From positions 3,232,829 through 3,296,828 of the forward strand of contig MU054925.1 in NCBI GenBank assembly GCA_013239625.1: a DNA stretch of 64,000 nt. The letters run 5' to 3'. Under the pieces are notes generated by a model. It did no database searches, was not told the origin of the DNA, and saw only the letters and a program-made list of their open reading frames with translations. Below, piece by piece: positions 32,991 through 45,600 of this stretch. This DNA is from Lama guanicoe. Its lineage: Eukaryota. The translations under genes were made by a program, and so were the position numbers. Each line of letters starts with the position of its first letter. Position 1 is the first letter of the stretch.

Positions 32991-35900
32991 GACCAAGACT
33001 GCCACCAGCCTCTGCGTGCCTCCATGAGCCCCTGCTCCAGGGGACAAGCAGCTCGAAGGAGGGCCTGGCTGCTAGAAAGGCAACTTCCCAGGCCTCTCCA
33101 CCGATGTGGCTGAAAGATGGTGTTGGTTGGGGTGGTACTATGGGGAGTCAAACATATGATGGCTGGGAAAGGAAAAAATCAAGAGTTGACGCAGGAGAAA
33201 AGGTGCCTGAGAAGTCGGGAAGGACTGACTGCATTTCAGAGTTCAGGAGGGTCAGAGGTGAAGTCAGGGGTCATGGCTCACCAGCTCCTATCAAGACCTT
33301 CAGGCCTGAATATCCTTCTATGACTCAGGAGCAGAGAGAGCCCTAGGGCAGACCCAGCCTGCAGCTAATTACGCAGGCCACCCATCCCTCCACCCTCTAA
33401 TCATCTGGCATCCACTGGCCCACTCATCCACCCATCTGTCCACCCACCCTATGCGAGCCATCCACTCAGCAGGTAAAGCCAACATTCTGGGCTAGGATCT
33501 GGGGGCACACGGCTTAGTAACCCAGTTTGTTTCCATGGGTGCCCAAGTTTGCCTTCAGCTGGGCTGGATATCCCTGGGATCCTCCAGTTTCCTCCTCATG
33601 GTGACCACCTGCTCCCCCACCAACAATAAGTCCTGGGTCGGGTGGGAGGTCGGACAGAGGTTCCAGGTCAGCCTGGACAACCCTCTCCCAACCAGACAAC
33701 TGCAACCACTCCTCCGTGGCCTCCCCGCTTCCAGAGAGAGCCTTTTGCAGAGCAGAACTGATCATCACTCCCTGCCTGAAACTCTACAAATGACATCTCC
33801 CACCCAGGGCTCTTGGGACAGAGACAGAAGTCCTTTCTCTGCCCCACATCAGGTGCTTCCTACCACTCACTGTCTAGGTTCCAGACACACAAATTGCTTC
33901 CAGTTCTGCAAACATAATCCTTCCTTCCCCAGATCCTTTGCCTGTGCTGTTCTCTCTGCCTGAGGGGCCAAAGGCATGCTGGGCAGAGGGAATCCTGCTG
34001 AAGGAAGCAGTGGGCGGCTTTGCTTATGGCAGAGCAAGGGACACAGTGAGACTGGAAGAGGTCAGTCAGATTGGGAAGGGTCACAAATCCCGGTGGGGGT
34101 GCGGTGGGGTCTGGTCATGTGTCACCAGGAAGTTCTCCTACCTCCCACTCCAGGAGCCTCTGCCTGAGCCAGAAGAGGGTTGCTCAGGGGGCACATTGGC
34201 CTGGGGGCCTGGAGAGGACACTGGGGAGGGTAGCCCAGGAGGAAACATTTGTTACTAGAGGAGACCCAGGTGGCCAGGAGTCTACAGGTGGACTGGCAGC
34301 TGTTATTGCTCTAGGGAGAGGGCCACAAGAGATAAGGCTCCAGACTGAATGTGGCAGAGGTCCGGGCTGGGCTGGCAATAAGGGCCCAGGCCTGGGATGG
34401 GACACCCTAAAGTAGCAGACTCTGCCACCCATTCAATCCCAGGTCGGCTGAGGAACCACGTGGCTTCAAACCAGGCATCCTGAGCTCAGTTTTCACATCT
34501 GTGAAATGGGGAGAAGGATCCTGCCAAATCGAGCTTCTGAAGAGGCATCAGCATCATGGTTTCTGGTCCTCCTGAGGTGCCCATCTTTGTCCTGCTGCTC
34601 CAGCTAGCAGCCAAGCCCAGTGGGTGGGAAGAAAGGCAGGAAGGCATCCCCAGCCCAAATTCTGCCCCCTCCTCCAACACGCAGCCAGGGAGGCCTTCCA
34701 TGCAGGCCCAAACTAGGCAGATTCTGTTCTCTCCCAGTCCCTGCATACCACCTCTGATGGCTCCCCGGGCTTTCAGGATAGAGGCGGAACTCCAAGGCGA
34801 GGTGTACACAGCCGGTGCTGGCTTGGGCCTGCATCCCCACCTAGCCAGCATTCCCTTCCACCTCAGCCCGCGGTGCCGCTGCCCTTCACCTTCCTCAGCT
34901 CAGTGCCGTGTCCCGGCTCCAGGCCTGGTGTCCTGCCTTCCTTTCCCACTGTGCTAATTTCTCTTTATTTTTCAAAACGCTATCCCAACCCAGCCCCAAC
35001 CATGCCACTTCCAGGAAGCCTTCCCTGCTATTCCTCAGGTTGGGTAAGATGTCTCCCTCTGGCCTCCCTGTGGCACTTGGTAATTCTCTGGGTGACAGTT
35101 GTCACAAGAGGCATTGTGTCTATCACGGTGCCGAATGTACCCACAGCACTCAGCCCAGGGCTTGGCCCAAGCAGGCACTGGAAAGCACACAGTGGACAAA
35201 CACTGAAGAACAAGGACCAACTTCCAATTGTTCACAGAGAACTCATGCCCTTCAGGTGCTGGCTGGGCCAGGAAGTCACCCATGACCCCTCTGCATGGCA
35301 CAAATTCCACAGACCAATCCAGGTCGTGGTGTCCTGGAGGGGTAAGCCCAGGGGTGGGGGAAGTCCTCTCTCACCTCGGTATGTCAGAGCTAGCCCCAAA
35401 GCTTGTCGGACGGAGCCCCCAAGGCTGCTCCCTAGTCGCACTGAGCTGTTGTCTGAGCCTTATGAGCAACTTTCACAAAGTGACTCAGCCACAGACTCCG
35501 GCCTGCCACCCAGGCTTGATGCGGAAGCAGCAGTGCGGCGTGTTCCTGAGTGTTTGGCAAACCTGCTGCTGGAGACCCCTCCCACCAGCCTCTCCTCTGC
35601 CCTTTTGGAAAGACTCACTCAGTAAACAGAGTAGCTCAAGAGCTGGGAAAAGGATGTTTTCCCTGATCGGGTTTGCTCCCTCTTAGCAAGCAAATGAGCT
35701 TGTTTTCTGCTTTACCCTGGCTGCCAGGAAGCTCAGAGCAAAGCTTTTTGCTGCTGCAGCTTCCCCTACCCTGGTGTCTCTGATTTAACTCTCCCCCAGC
35801 TTGGCTCTTTTCTCTTATTTTCATCCTCATCATCTTTGGTTTTATTCTCCTCCTGCTTTTTATTTGTAAGCCGAAGACTTTTGTCATTTGAAGAAGTAGG

Positions 35901-36565
35901 TGGAATAATTATAAATGGTTTTAAAGCGTGCTTTGCCTTTGCAGGAATTGGGTGGAATCTTTGGGGTGCCTAACCCTGGGGTGTGGACAGGAGAGGAGAC
36001 CCTCAAACAGCCCAGGCTCCTGGAAAGAAACCCTGGCTTCCCTCCTGGGACGGGGGCCTCCCCTCTGTCTCCTTTGTCTTCCAGAGCCAACTTCTTTGCA
36101 AAGTGGTGATGAGACAGGCCTGTTTCTGAGCACAGGTGTGAAAATCAGACTGTGTCTTGCAAAGGGCCCCGAAGTTTGCTGAGAAGGTTGGGGAGTTGGC
36201 CTATAATGAACTTCTACTCAGGTCACTCTCTTTTTTTGAGTCAAAACTGGTGTTCACAGACCATGTAACCATACAGCAGAGTGAACCCTGCTCCCAGAGA
36301 ATGTTCTCCCGTCCTGGGCCCCCGATTAGAGCAACATTTTAACTGGGTAGTTTAATATCTCTAGATCTCAGTTTTCCTGCTTGTAAAATGAAGGGACTAG
36401 ACTAAAAGCTCTCTGTGGGCCTTACTGGCCACAGGCCTTTGAAGGGCTGATGGCAGAAGACTCTAATGTTACACGACACACTGTGTTCAAGGTGCAATTC
36501 CGAGGCCCTAGAATTTGGCCAGATGGAACCAGAGACGCCCACTCCCTGGGCTCATACCACCTCTC

Positions 36566-36576
36566 TTTATTTTAAT
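36566..36576 (-). terminator. ITIH4 polyadenylation signals (ATTAAA and AATAAA adjacent)
   Basis: Plus-strand TTTATTTTAAT reads ATTAAAATAAA on the minus strand, about 125 nt after the stop codon. Confidence 0.75.
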
Positions 36577-36698
36577 GAGTGCAAGTACCTCTCCCCATGA
36601 TGTTTCTGGCCCCACAGGTGGCCTTGTAGTTGCAGGGTGGCAGCCATCTGCATAGAGGGGGGCGGCATGGGGGATGGGCATTACTCCTCCCATCAGGA

Positions 36699-39600
36699 CT
36701 ACAGCTCCACAGACCAGCAGAAAATCTCTTTTCCCGGGGGCGCCTCTTGGTAATCCAGCTTGAGCTCTCTAGGATAAACACACAGACAGATAGGTGGTCA
36801 GCATGTCTCAGGTGTGGTGGGAAGAGAGGGAGACAGCTGGATGTAGGAACATGGAAGGTGGATGGTCTTGGGGCCCCTCCCCTCAGAGTTCCTGCCAGCA
36901 CAGGCTGACAAAGGCTGGACACCCAAGGGGACCCAGTTGTATGTGGTCTCCAGGGTCCAGGGCTCTGAGAACCCAGGGGGTGCTCCTACTGCCCCCAGCT
37001 CACCCTAATGATCTCTGGGCTGTGTGTTTTCTGTGGGTCTGAGCTGATCTCCCTTTGTGGGGTTACTGAAAGCTGGGTCAGACTTGTCTAAGCCATGAAT
37101 CTGTCACCTGACTGTCTAGTTCCCAGGCAGGGACAGAGGAGTTGGGGTCCCAGAGACCAGCTCCAAGTCCCCATCCCTGGTTGGGCTCAGTGGCCTATTG
37201 TGCTGAGTCACCTGGTAGCAGAGTGGTCACGCCCCTGAACCCTCAGGGTTCGCTTGCTGTCATCTGCTGCTGCTGGGGGCCCCCAGAACACGTCCTGGTA
37301 AAACTGGCCTGAGACATAAAGGGCAGGTCAGTGAAGAATAAAAACAGAGGGAGGCTGGGGGACACGCAGAGGTGAGGGCACTGCCTGTTCACAGGCAGAA
37401 GTGGCTTCTGAGGATGCTCTGAGCCCAGGCCATGGGCTGCATACCAAGGGTTCCATTGACACGGCTGGAGAAGCGGTCAGCATCCCGTAGAAGGAGTCGG
37501 AGCCCCTCCCCAGGGCCGTCCCAGGACAGCAGGCCGAAGGTCACTCTGTCTGGGCTGCTGAGCAGCAGGAGCCCTGCCTTGTCCATGGTCATCTTGAGGC
37601 TGTGGGGAAACCCGTGTCCTGAGTAGGAAGGGAGGCATGGAGACACCCACAGGGGACCTGGGCAGCGGGGTGGCAGTGGGCGGGGGCTGCCCTCCTGTCC
37701 TCAGGATTTCCTAGTGTGGCCTTTGGTGGGCAGTCCTTTAAATCTTCTGGGCTTCAGTTTCCTCAGTCAACTGGAACCAAAGTTAACTTACCGATACCTG
37801 GTTATCCCAGCATTATTTATAAAATAAAATAATAGTCCCTTTTCATCTAGTTTCTTACATTTGACTTCTCATGAATTAGTTTTTATACAACTTGAGGGTT
37901 CTCAGATACATTTCCTCTGTTCCTTCTGGTTGTATGGCTAGCCCCACTTTCTTCTGATGATTAGTGTTTAATTGTGTGTTTTAAGGCCAGGAAGGGCAAG
38001 TCCTTCTCAGTCTATGCCCTCCCTTTTTACTTAAAATCATCTTTGAAATTCTCACCATTTTGGTTTTCTTAGGAACGTTAGACTCCTTTAAGCACGTTGA
38101 ATAAGGCCCTACTGTTACTCTGAGGTTATTAAAGAATGGAATTGCCCTAAACTTACACTGTCTTGTTGTTGACACAGTTCAACGTAAAAGCTGTGGTCTG
38201 TTTTTCTTTACATGTATCTTCTGTAGCTCATGAAAGTGTGTGGACTTTCTATCACCACGGTTGATAGGAATTCTTTATTCTATCCTCTAGTGTGTATGCC
38301 CCAATGCACAGAAATCCGATTGATCTTTGTGTATTTATCAGAGAACAGGAAACTTGAAGATCTTTTATGAAATTGGGAGCTTTTCAGGTGAGTGCCTCAG
38401 ATTCCCCAGGGGTGCACTCACATTATCAAGTGGAAACCAGTCTGCGGAGGAGCTGGGGGAGAGGGAGTGGACAAGGCTCTCCATACTTGGCACAGGCCGG
38501 GGGCTTGGAGGGCACTGATCAAAGACAGACAGGGTCCTCGGCCTCTCTCCTAGGCCCTTTGTGACACCCAGAGCTGGAGAGCTACCTCTGGAAGGCTCCA
38601 TGGTGGGGCAACCCCACTGGAAGAGGTCACCATCCACCTCTACTCCCAGTTGCCTGGGATTGATGCCAGAGGGACATGTCTCTCCACATAAGGGCTTCAA
38701 CAGTTGGTTAAGGATGACATTCGTAACTTTTCTTGGTGGACAGCACTCTCCAGCCTCTCACTATTGTCATGGTTACCTCACCACATAGTAAGTGCGCCTT
38801 CCCATGTGCCCAGTGGGCACCACACTGCCTATGGGCAAATGCTCCCAACCACATTCTCTCACTGGATCTTCCCCTCAGCCCTCCATCTCAGGGCTAGGAT
38901 GATTATCCCTAGTTAGGAATGAGGAAACGGAGGCTCAGAGGGGCTAAGCGGCCTGCCTAGGGTCACGCAGGATTAGCAGCAGAGCAGCTTCAAACCACAC
39001 AGTCCCCTGCACGGGACAGTGACCTGGGTTGGGTGAGGGCAGCCAGGTCCTCAGGACAATCCCTTGGCACCCTCCAGGGCAGGAGGGGTATGTGCAGGGT
39101 TCTCTGCACTTCTACCCCTCCTCTGGGCGTGGCCCACTGCAGAGGACTCATGCCCAGCCACTCCTTCCCCAGGCCCGTGGCATCACGTAACCATCGGCCC
39201 CCAACCTGCGGCTTACCTGGACATCACCGAGTACAGAGTTTCCTTCCACTTGTACGCAGAGCTTCTCCGGTTCCGAGTCACTACCACGTGCTCAGGGGAT
39301 GCACGAACCTGCAGCTGGGGGTTCTTGAAGGTCACGTCAATCCACATGAACTTGGCCTTCCCCATCTCATAGTGGCCAGTCACCTCAACACCTGAGAGGG
39401 CCAGGAGCAGAGAGGTGGGAGCTGTGGCCTTGGCTGGGCACTGGCCTGAACAGGAGGTGCCCCCAGCTACATCCCCCAGAGCTGCTCTTCACCCACTCAC
39501 CTCCCCGACCCCTTCCCTGGCACCCCTCACACTGCGGGCCTGCTTCCTATGGTCTTTCCACTCATCCCTTGGTTTCCTGTGGCTTTGGAGGGGCCCCCAA

Positions 39601-42600
39601 GTCCTCGGAGATGGCCACCTTCAGGTGAGCCCTCTGAGGAGGCAGGTCTTGTGTGAAGCCAGGAAACGTACGTAAAGCCCCTGTAGTGTGCCTGGCCCTG
39701 AGCTGGGTGTTGTGGCCAAGAGAGAGATGGAGAATCAGTGGCCTCAGGGAGCAAATAGACTGTGGGCCTGGCATGGTGAAGAGGGAGACCGTGTGGGTCT
39801 GGGGGGACCGAGGGGCCGTGGATGTTTGTGGACTCTAAGTGGCTCTGCAGGTGTGTATGTGTGAGCATCCCGAGGGTTGTGCGTCCCCACATCTGACCTG
39901 AGAGCTCAGATCAGCCAGGAAGACCCTCCTGGGGGTTGAGGGGCCAGTACACCTACCTCCTCCCCCCATGTTCCTCCTCCACACCCTCTACAGCCCACTT
40001 CAGGGCTCAGTGCTTCGGCCTACCCGTTCCTCTGCCTCATGGACCCCCACTTGCCTGCCAAGGCCCAGTCAACCCCATATGATCCTGGGCAGTCTCCCCT
40101 GCCCCTCGGACTGCTCTTATCTCCTCCTCTGTGCTCATGTCCACGGTGCTCTGGGCACTGACTACAGGCCACTGTGCTGCTCTGTACCCAGGTCTGTCTC
40201 CCCACCCCTGAAGTAAGGCATGTCTTGAGGGCAAGCCCACATCTGGTCACCCTGGGGTGCAGGCCACCCAGGCCTGCATACATGGTGCCCAGTGAAAGGT
40301 CTGTGGCGCAGATGTGTAAGTGCATGTGCCAGTGCTCAGGGGCGTGGCCATGCTACCACCTGGGACCAGGTCTGCCCGGGAGTCTTCGCAGGCAGGTGTC
40401 CTACTGTTGTCTCTGAGGTGGGAAGCTGGGGGTGTCTGGGTCTGAGCGGATGACGGGGTGTGCACCTCTCACCTTGGCCAGGGTCTGAGAGCAGGTTCAG
40501 AAGACCCTGAGAGTGCTTGAGGTCCACACAGAGCCGGTTCTCGCTCTGGCCAGGCAGAGGCAGGATGACGGAAGGAGCCTGGATGGGGGCTGGGACAGCA
40601 GGTGTGGTTTTAGGGGCAGGTAGAGCAGGCTAGGGGGCAAGGACAGGGAGGAGGCTGAAGGGGGCTGGCACTTACCTGGGGGTGGGGCTGTCGTGGTTGT
40701 TTCTGAAAGAAGAAAAAGTCTGGGTTTAGGCAGCCCCTTCCGGGGAGCAGTAGCGGGCTGAGGAGTGGAGCAGCAGAGGGTGTGGTTGGTTCTTTCTCCG
40801 CTGAGAAACCCACGCGGCAGGGCTGTAGAGCTCCTGGGGCTCTCCCCTCCCAGGCTCTCCCTACTACTACTACTGCGGGGGCTCTGGCCTGGGGGCACCT
40901 TTGATTCTTATATCCAGGTCACGAGATGCTTGGTCAGGAACTGAGGTAGCTGATGACACTGAAGCTGAAATTAGTGCAGGAACAGCCAGAAACAGAAAGG
41001 GAGAAGGTAGTCAGGATTCAAAGCAATCGGCATGCCTGCCAGCCTTCACTGCCACCTGCCACCCACCGAGCTCCAACCCCATGATCCCTGCCTCACATGC
41101 ACCCAATCTAGAAGAGCCTTTGCAAAGAGAGCTTTCAACCAGAAGAGCATGCTATTAGGGAAAACGCTGAGGAGACAGGATCTAGCATGGCTCTGCGGCT
41201 GTGTCCGAGTCCAGATTTGGAGATGAGAAACAGCTCAAGGGACTACTGTTGGCTTTGGGAAAGGAGGAAACCTTCCCTTTCTAGAACGTTCCATCCTGAG
41301 CCAGCCTACAGAGTGTAATGAAGCCAATTCAGTGAAAAAAAAAGGACGCAGTTCTCAACATCATGCCTTAGAGCAGCTCTCCCTGGTCTGTGCCTAGCCC
41401 TGTGGGTGGTGCTTAGGTCATCCAACTGCACAGGCAGGTGCATCTTGAGGAAACTAGACCCTCAGAGGATCAGAAAGAGGCTTACCTAATGCAATGTCTG
41501 GTAGCACTGCTCCCCAGGTCGTGTGGTGGGATGGATCAGGAAGATAAGGAGGATGAATAGGTCCAGGAGGTCCACGTTGTCTGAATCTCATTGGGAAGCC
41601 GGGTCCCTGCCCGAAAACTCCGGCTTTGGAAAAGTTAACACATGCAGTCTTTTCTCAAGCAGTGTTTTGGGTCCCCACAGCCAGGGCTCTGGGACCCACC
41701 CCAGGAGAGGGAGGCAGAGATGGCAGATGGCTCCCCTTCCCACACCCAGCACCCTGGGAGAAATTCACAGCTGGAACAATGGACCCTTCTTGAATGCCTC
41801 CCTGCTGGGATATGGGCACCCCCACCCCCGCTGGCAGTGCCCCTCAAACTACCTTGTCCTCTCCAGCCTCTTCTTTTAGAAAGGACAGGGTCTGCACCGC
41901 TGTCTCCTAATCAGACACAACTGAATTTGAGCCCCAGCCCCACCGTCAGTCAGGCGAGCCAGGGAAGTCATCCCCTGACAGTCTGTGGCAGGGTCAGGGT
42001 TCGCTCAGTATCCCCTTCCTCTACCCTCTCCTTTTTTGCTACCTGTTATTCTGGACATTCTGTCTCTCATGGAATGAGATCCAAAGAGAGCAGGACCTGG
42101 AAATCAGAGAGACCTGGGTTTGCTTCTTGGACATACCTTTCTGGGGCCCCCAGGGGGATGGGGGCTGTGTCCCTGGTGCCCAGGACAGGGCCTGAGTGGC
42201 AGCCAGTCTGAATAAACAGGTGACTAAATGTACCCACGTGCTTAGGCAGATGACACTCCCTCCTGAGCAGGGCTGGGTTGGAGAGGCCCTGGCCAGCAAC
42301 CTTATGGTCACTGTACTATAGGCCCTGGGTCAGCCAACAGTCACCCAGGCCAGTCTTAGAGGGTATTAGGCCCTCACCTGAGTAGACGTTNNNNNNNNNN
42401 NNNNNNNNNNNNNNNNNNNNNNNNNNNNNNNNNNNNNNNNNNNNNNNNNNNNNNNNNNNNNNNNNNNNNNNNNNNNNNNNNNNNNNNNNNNNNNNNNNNN
42501 NNNNNNNNNNNNNNNNNNNNNNNNNNNNNNNNNNNNNNNNNNNNNNNNNNNNNNNNNNNNNNNNNNNNNNNNNNNNNNNNNNNNNNNNNNNNNNNNNNNN

Positions 42601-45600
42601 NNNNNNNNNNNNNNNNNNNNNNNNNNNNNNNNNNNNNNNNNNNNNNNNNNNNNNNNNNNNNNNNNNNNNNNNNNNNNNNNNNNNNNGAGAGAGAGAGAGA
42701 GAGAGAGGGAGGGAGAGGGAGGGAGAGAGAGAGACACTGTCAGGGTGGTTTTGATATATTTGAAGTGCTTCTATTTAATCTTCTTCCCAACCCATACCAC
42801 TACATAGGTACAGTGAATCTGGCGGGGTTAGGAGACCTGGACTCAGTTTCCTCATGAATGAAATGGGGCTCCTAAGAGTCTGTGGGAGGCAGGGGTGAGG
42901 TCTTGTGTGGGGTGTAGGGGAGGGATGGGGGAGAACGCTGGGTCAGAACTCTGCTGTCACACCCACCATTTTCCACAGGCTTCTCAGCAACTTCAGACTG
43001 TTCTTGGCCTTCGGGTTTGGTGATCACCATGGATGTGAGGGGGGTGACAAAGCTATAGTTGAGTGACAAGCTCAGAGCTCGGGCCTCAAGGGCCTGCTTC
43101 TCAGCATCTGACTTCGTCGAGACCCTGCAGGTGGAGGACACCAGTGGCTCTTCAGGTCCCTGGGTGCCCAGTCAGATTCTCTCTCCTTTCCAGATCCTTC
43201 TTGGGGGCTCCTGCTGAGAGTCTGGAGCTCAGACATGACACCACCACCCCGTCTCCATCTCTAGGAGATGCCTGTGCCAGCTGTGCCTGCCCCACCGAGG
43301 AAGGGCTTGGGGAGGTGCTGAGGGGCCCTTGAGGGTGTGCCCACCCACATTTGCTCAAGCAGTTGCTGGATGGTCAGGTACGCCCAGAGTCTCTCCATGA
43401 AGCTGTGGAAGATGTACTTGGGGCTCCGGAACGCCTCCTCCTGCTCTGCCACACTGGACTCTGTTACGAAGGTGATGTCCTCCAGGTTCTGGAAAGAGGG
43501 GCCCGGCCAGGACAGCAGCAGTGAAGGCCTGACATCTGCGCCTGGCCTGGCGCCGCCCTGCACTTCCACAAGAAACTTGGCTGGGGCAGCGCGGGCTGCA
43601 AGGACCATGTTTCCTTTGAGTAGAATGGAGGGTAGGGAGGGTGTTTAGGGGTGTGAGAGCCTCCAAGGATGATAAGGCGGTGGAAACAGACGGTAGCAAA
43701 CTATCCTAGTGCAATACAGCGGGCGCAGAACCAGGAGTGGCAAGAATTTTGCCCTCTTCCAGGAGTATAGCTATTTGTTTGATGGTTTTTCTTAAACAAA
43801 CTTTAAATAGACTAACACTCTTGGCCTTGTCCCTAGCAGCAATACCTGTGAAATCTTAGGTCTGGGGTTCGAATTATTTTTTAGAACACAGTAAAATCGA
43901 TACATAAGTACTCAAACAAAGAGAGGTTTGCTGTGAACTACCCCAATTCACCTTGGGTTCCGCATGTTGGGAACCACTGGCCTCCAGGATAACTTCAGCT
44001 GCTACACTGTATGGAGTGTTCACATTGCTCGAGAACTTAATCCCCACTGCAGCCTTACAAGGTGGGTAAGGTGGCTTATTTCCATCCGTATACAGCAGGA
44101 AACTGAGGCACAGGGAGGGTAAGTGCTTTGCCCCAGGTCTCACCTCCGGGAGGTAGCAGACTGGTCAAAGGACATGCCCTGCCCAACATGACACTTGACT
44201 ACTTCCCCTGAGACATGACCCTGGGTTCCCCCATGCCTGCTTGCCTTGCCCACCTGCCACACTCCCCACACGTGCTGCCTGCCTGCCATGCAAGCCTGGA
44301 ACATTCCTATGTCTCTCCATCTGGCCTCTGCCACCTCCTACTCATCCCTCAGTCTCAGCTGAGCCTCCTCCAGGAAGCCCTCCCTGATCCCCAGGCCAGG
44401 TAGGGGTACCCAGTGCTGTTCCCCTGAGTCTTTGGGTTTATCTGCAGGGACATATCAGCCTGCAGCACCTTGTTTGTGTGACGATTTACCCACACCATCT
44501 CTCCCATGAAGGCAGTATCCCCAGGGCCTAAAGAAGGGCTGTTTCTCTTTGTGGAATGAGAGGGCCTCCTGTGGCACAGAGGCAGAGAACGCTGGGCAGG
44601 GACAGGGCATGAAGTGGTGAGATGGGCTCTTGACTCGGCTGCAGTGGGGCCCAGGGCAAGACGCCTGCCCTGCCTGGATGTCAGTCTGCTCATCTGTCAA
44701 ATGGGAGCAGCCCTTCCTGCCTGACGGCAACCTCAGAGGGCTGGTGTGAGGACAGGAGGGGATGCCAAGCACCTGGTGCCCTCGAGAACAGCAGCAGCAG
44801 CAGCACTGATTGACCTTTGAGCGCCTACTGCATGCTGGCCCTGCACAGGTGCTCTCAGAAAATCATGTCATCTTGCTGAATCTCCCCTAGGAGCCAACAT
44901 AGCAGGGACACATCATTGGCAAGTGGCAGAGGATACTCTGTAACTTGCTCAAGGTCAACTGGCTGGGGCCTGGCAGGCTGGGGTTTGAACCCAGTCCTTC
45001 TGACCGCCTGCCCCTGCTACCCATCCCCTCCAGAAGCGCTGGTCACACCTACCAGCTGCCCCCTGACTCTGGCGGAGAGTACATCAGGGCTCTGGTCCCG
45101 GAGCTTCCCAGCCACCACCAACTCGGAGCCTTTGAAGAACAACCGGAAGTGGTCCTGTGTGACGGCCTCCACAGCGTTGCTTGGATACTCGAAGGCCACT
45201 GACGTCAGCAGTGGGTTGGCCACCTCCTGGTAGAAGTCCTGCAGGGTAGCGGGGTGTCATGAGGGCCGGGCTGGGGTCTGCCCGCCTGTCTGTGCCATCC
45301 CTCACTCATGTAGCCCAGCAGGGAAACGTGGGCACCTGGAGCTGCAGGGCGGAGTCGGAGTCTTCATAGATGCGCCGGGCCAGGCCGCCATTGTCCAGTG
45401 CCAGCTTCTCCAGGAAGGCGTAGCTGACGTCGAAGCCAAAGCCCAGGCAGAAGAGGCTGTACTGACCATCGATGGCTTCCTGCACATTCTTCTGGATCCT
45501 CGAGGGGTTGGTCTCCCCTGGACTCCGTGGTTTGGGGAGGGGGTGAGAAAACAGTGATTTTGGTCAATGGATATTTCTGGAATCTCAGAGCCAGAGAGGC

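Noticed and set aside
35009-35017. Perfect GAS motif TTCCAGGAA
   Set aside because: Lies within the common L2-derived string CCAGGAAGCCTTCCCTG, with no independent support.
34873-35625. 250-aa ORF between ITIH3 and ITIH4
   Set aside because: Non-ATG start, no recognisable domain, and overlap with L2-like sequence. Expected by chance in GC-rich DNA.
40473-40589. ITIH4 lacks DPHFII, suggesting loss of function
   Set aside because: This is the known normal state of ITIH4, which does not link to bikunin.
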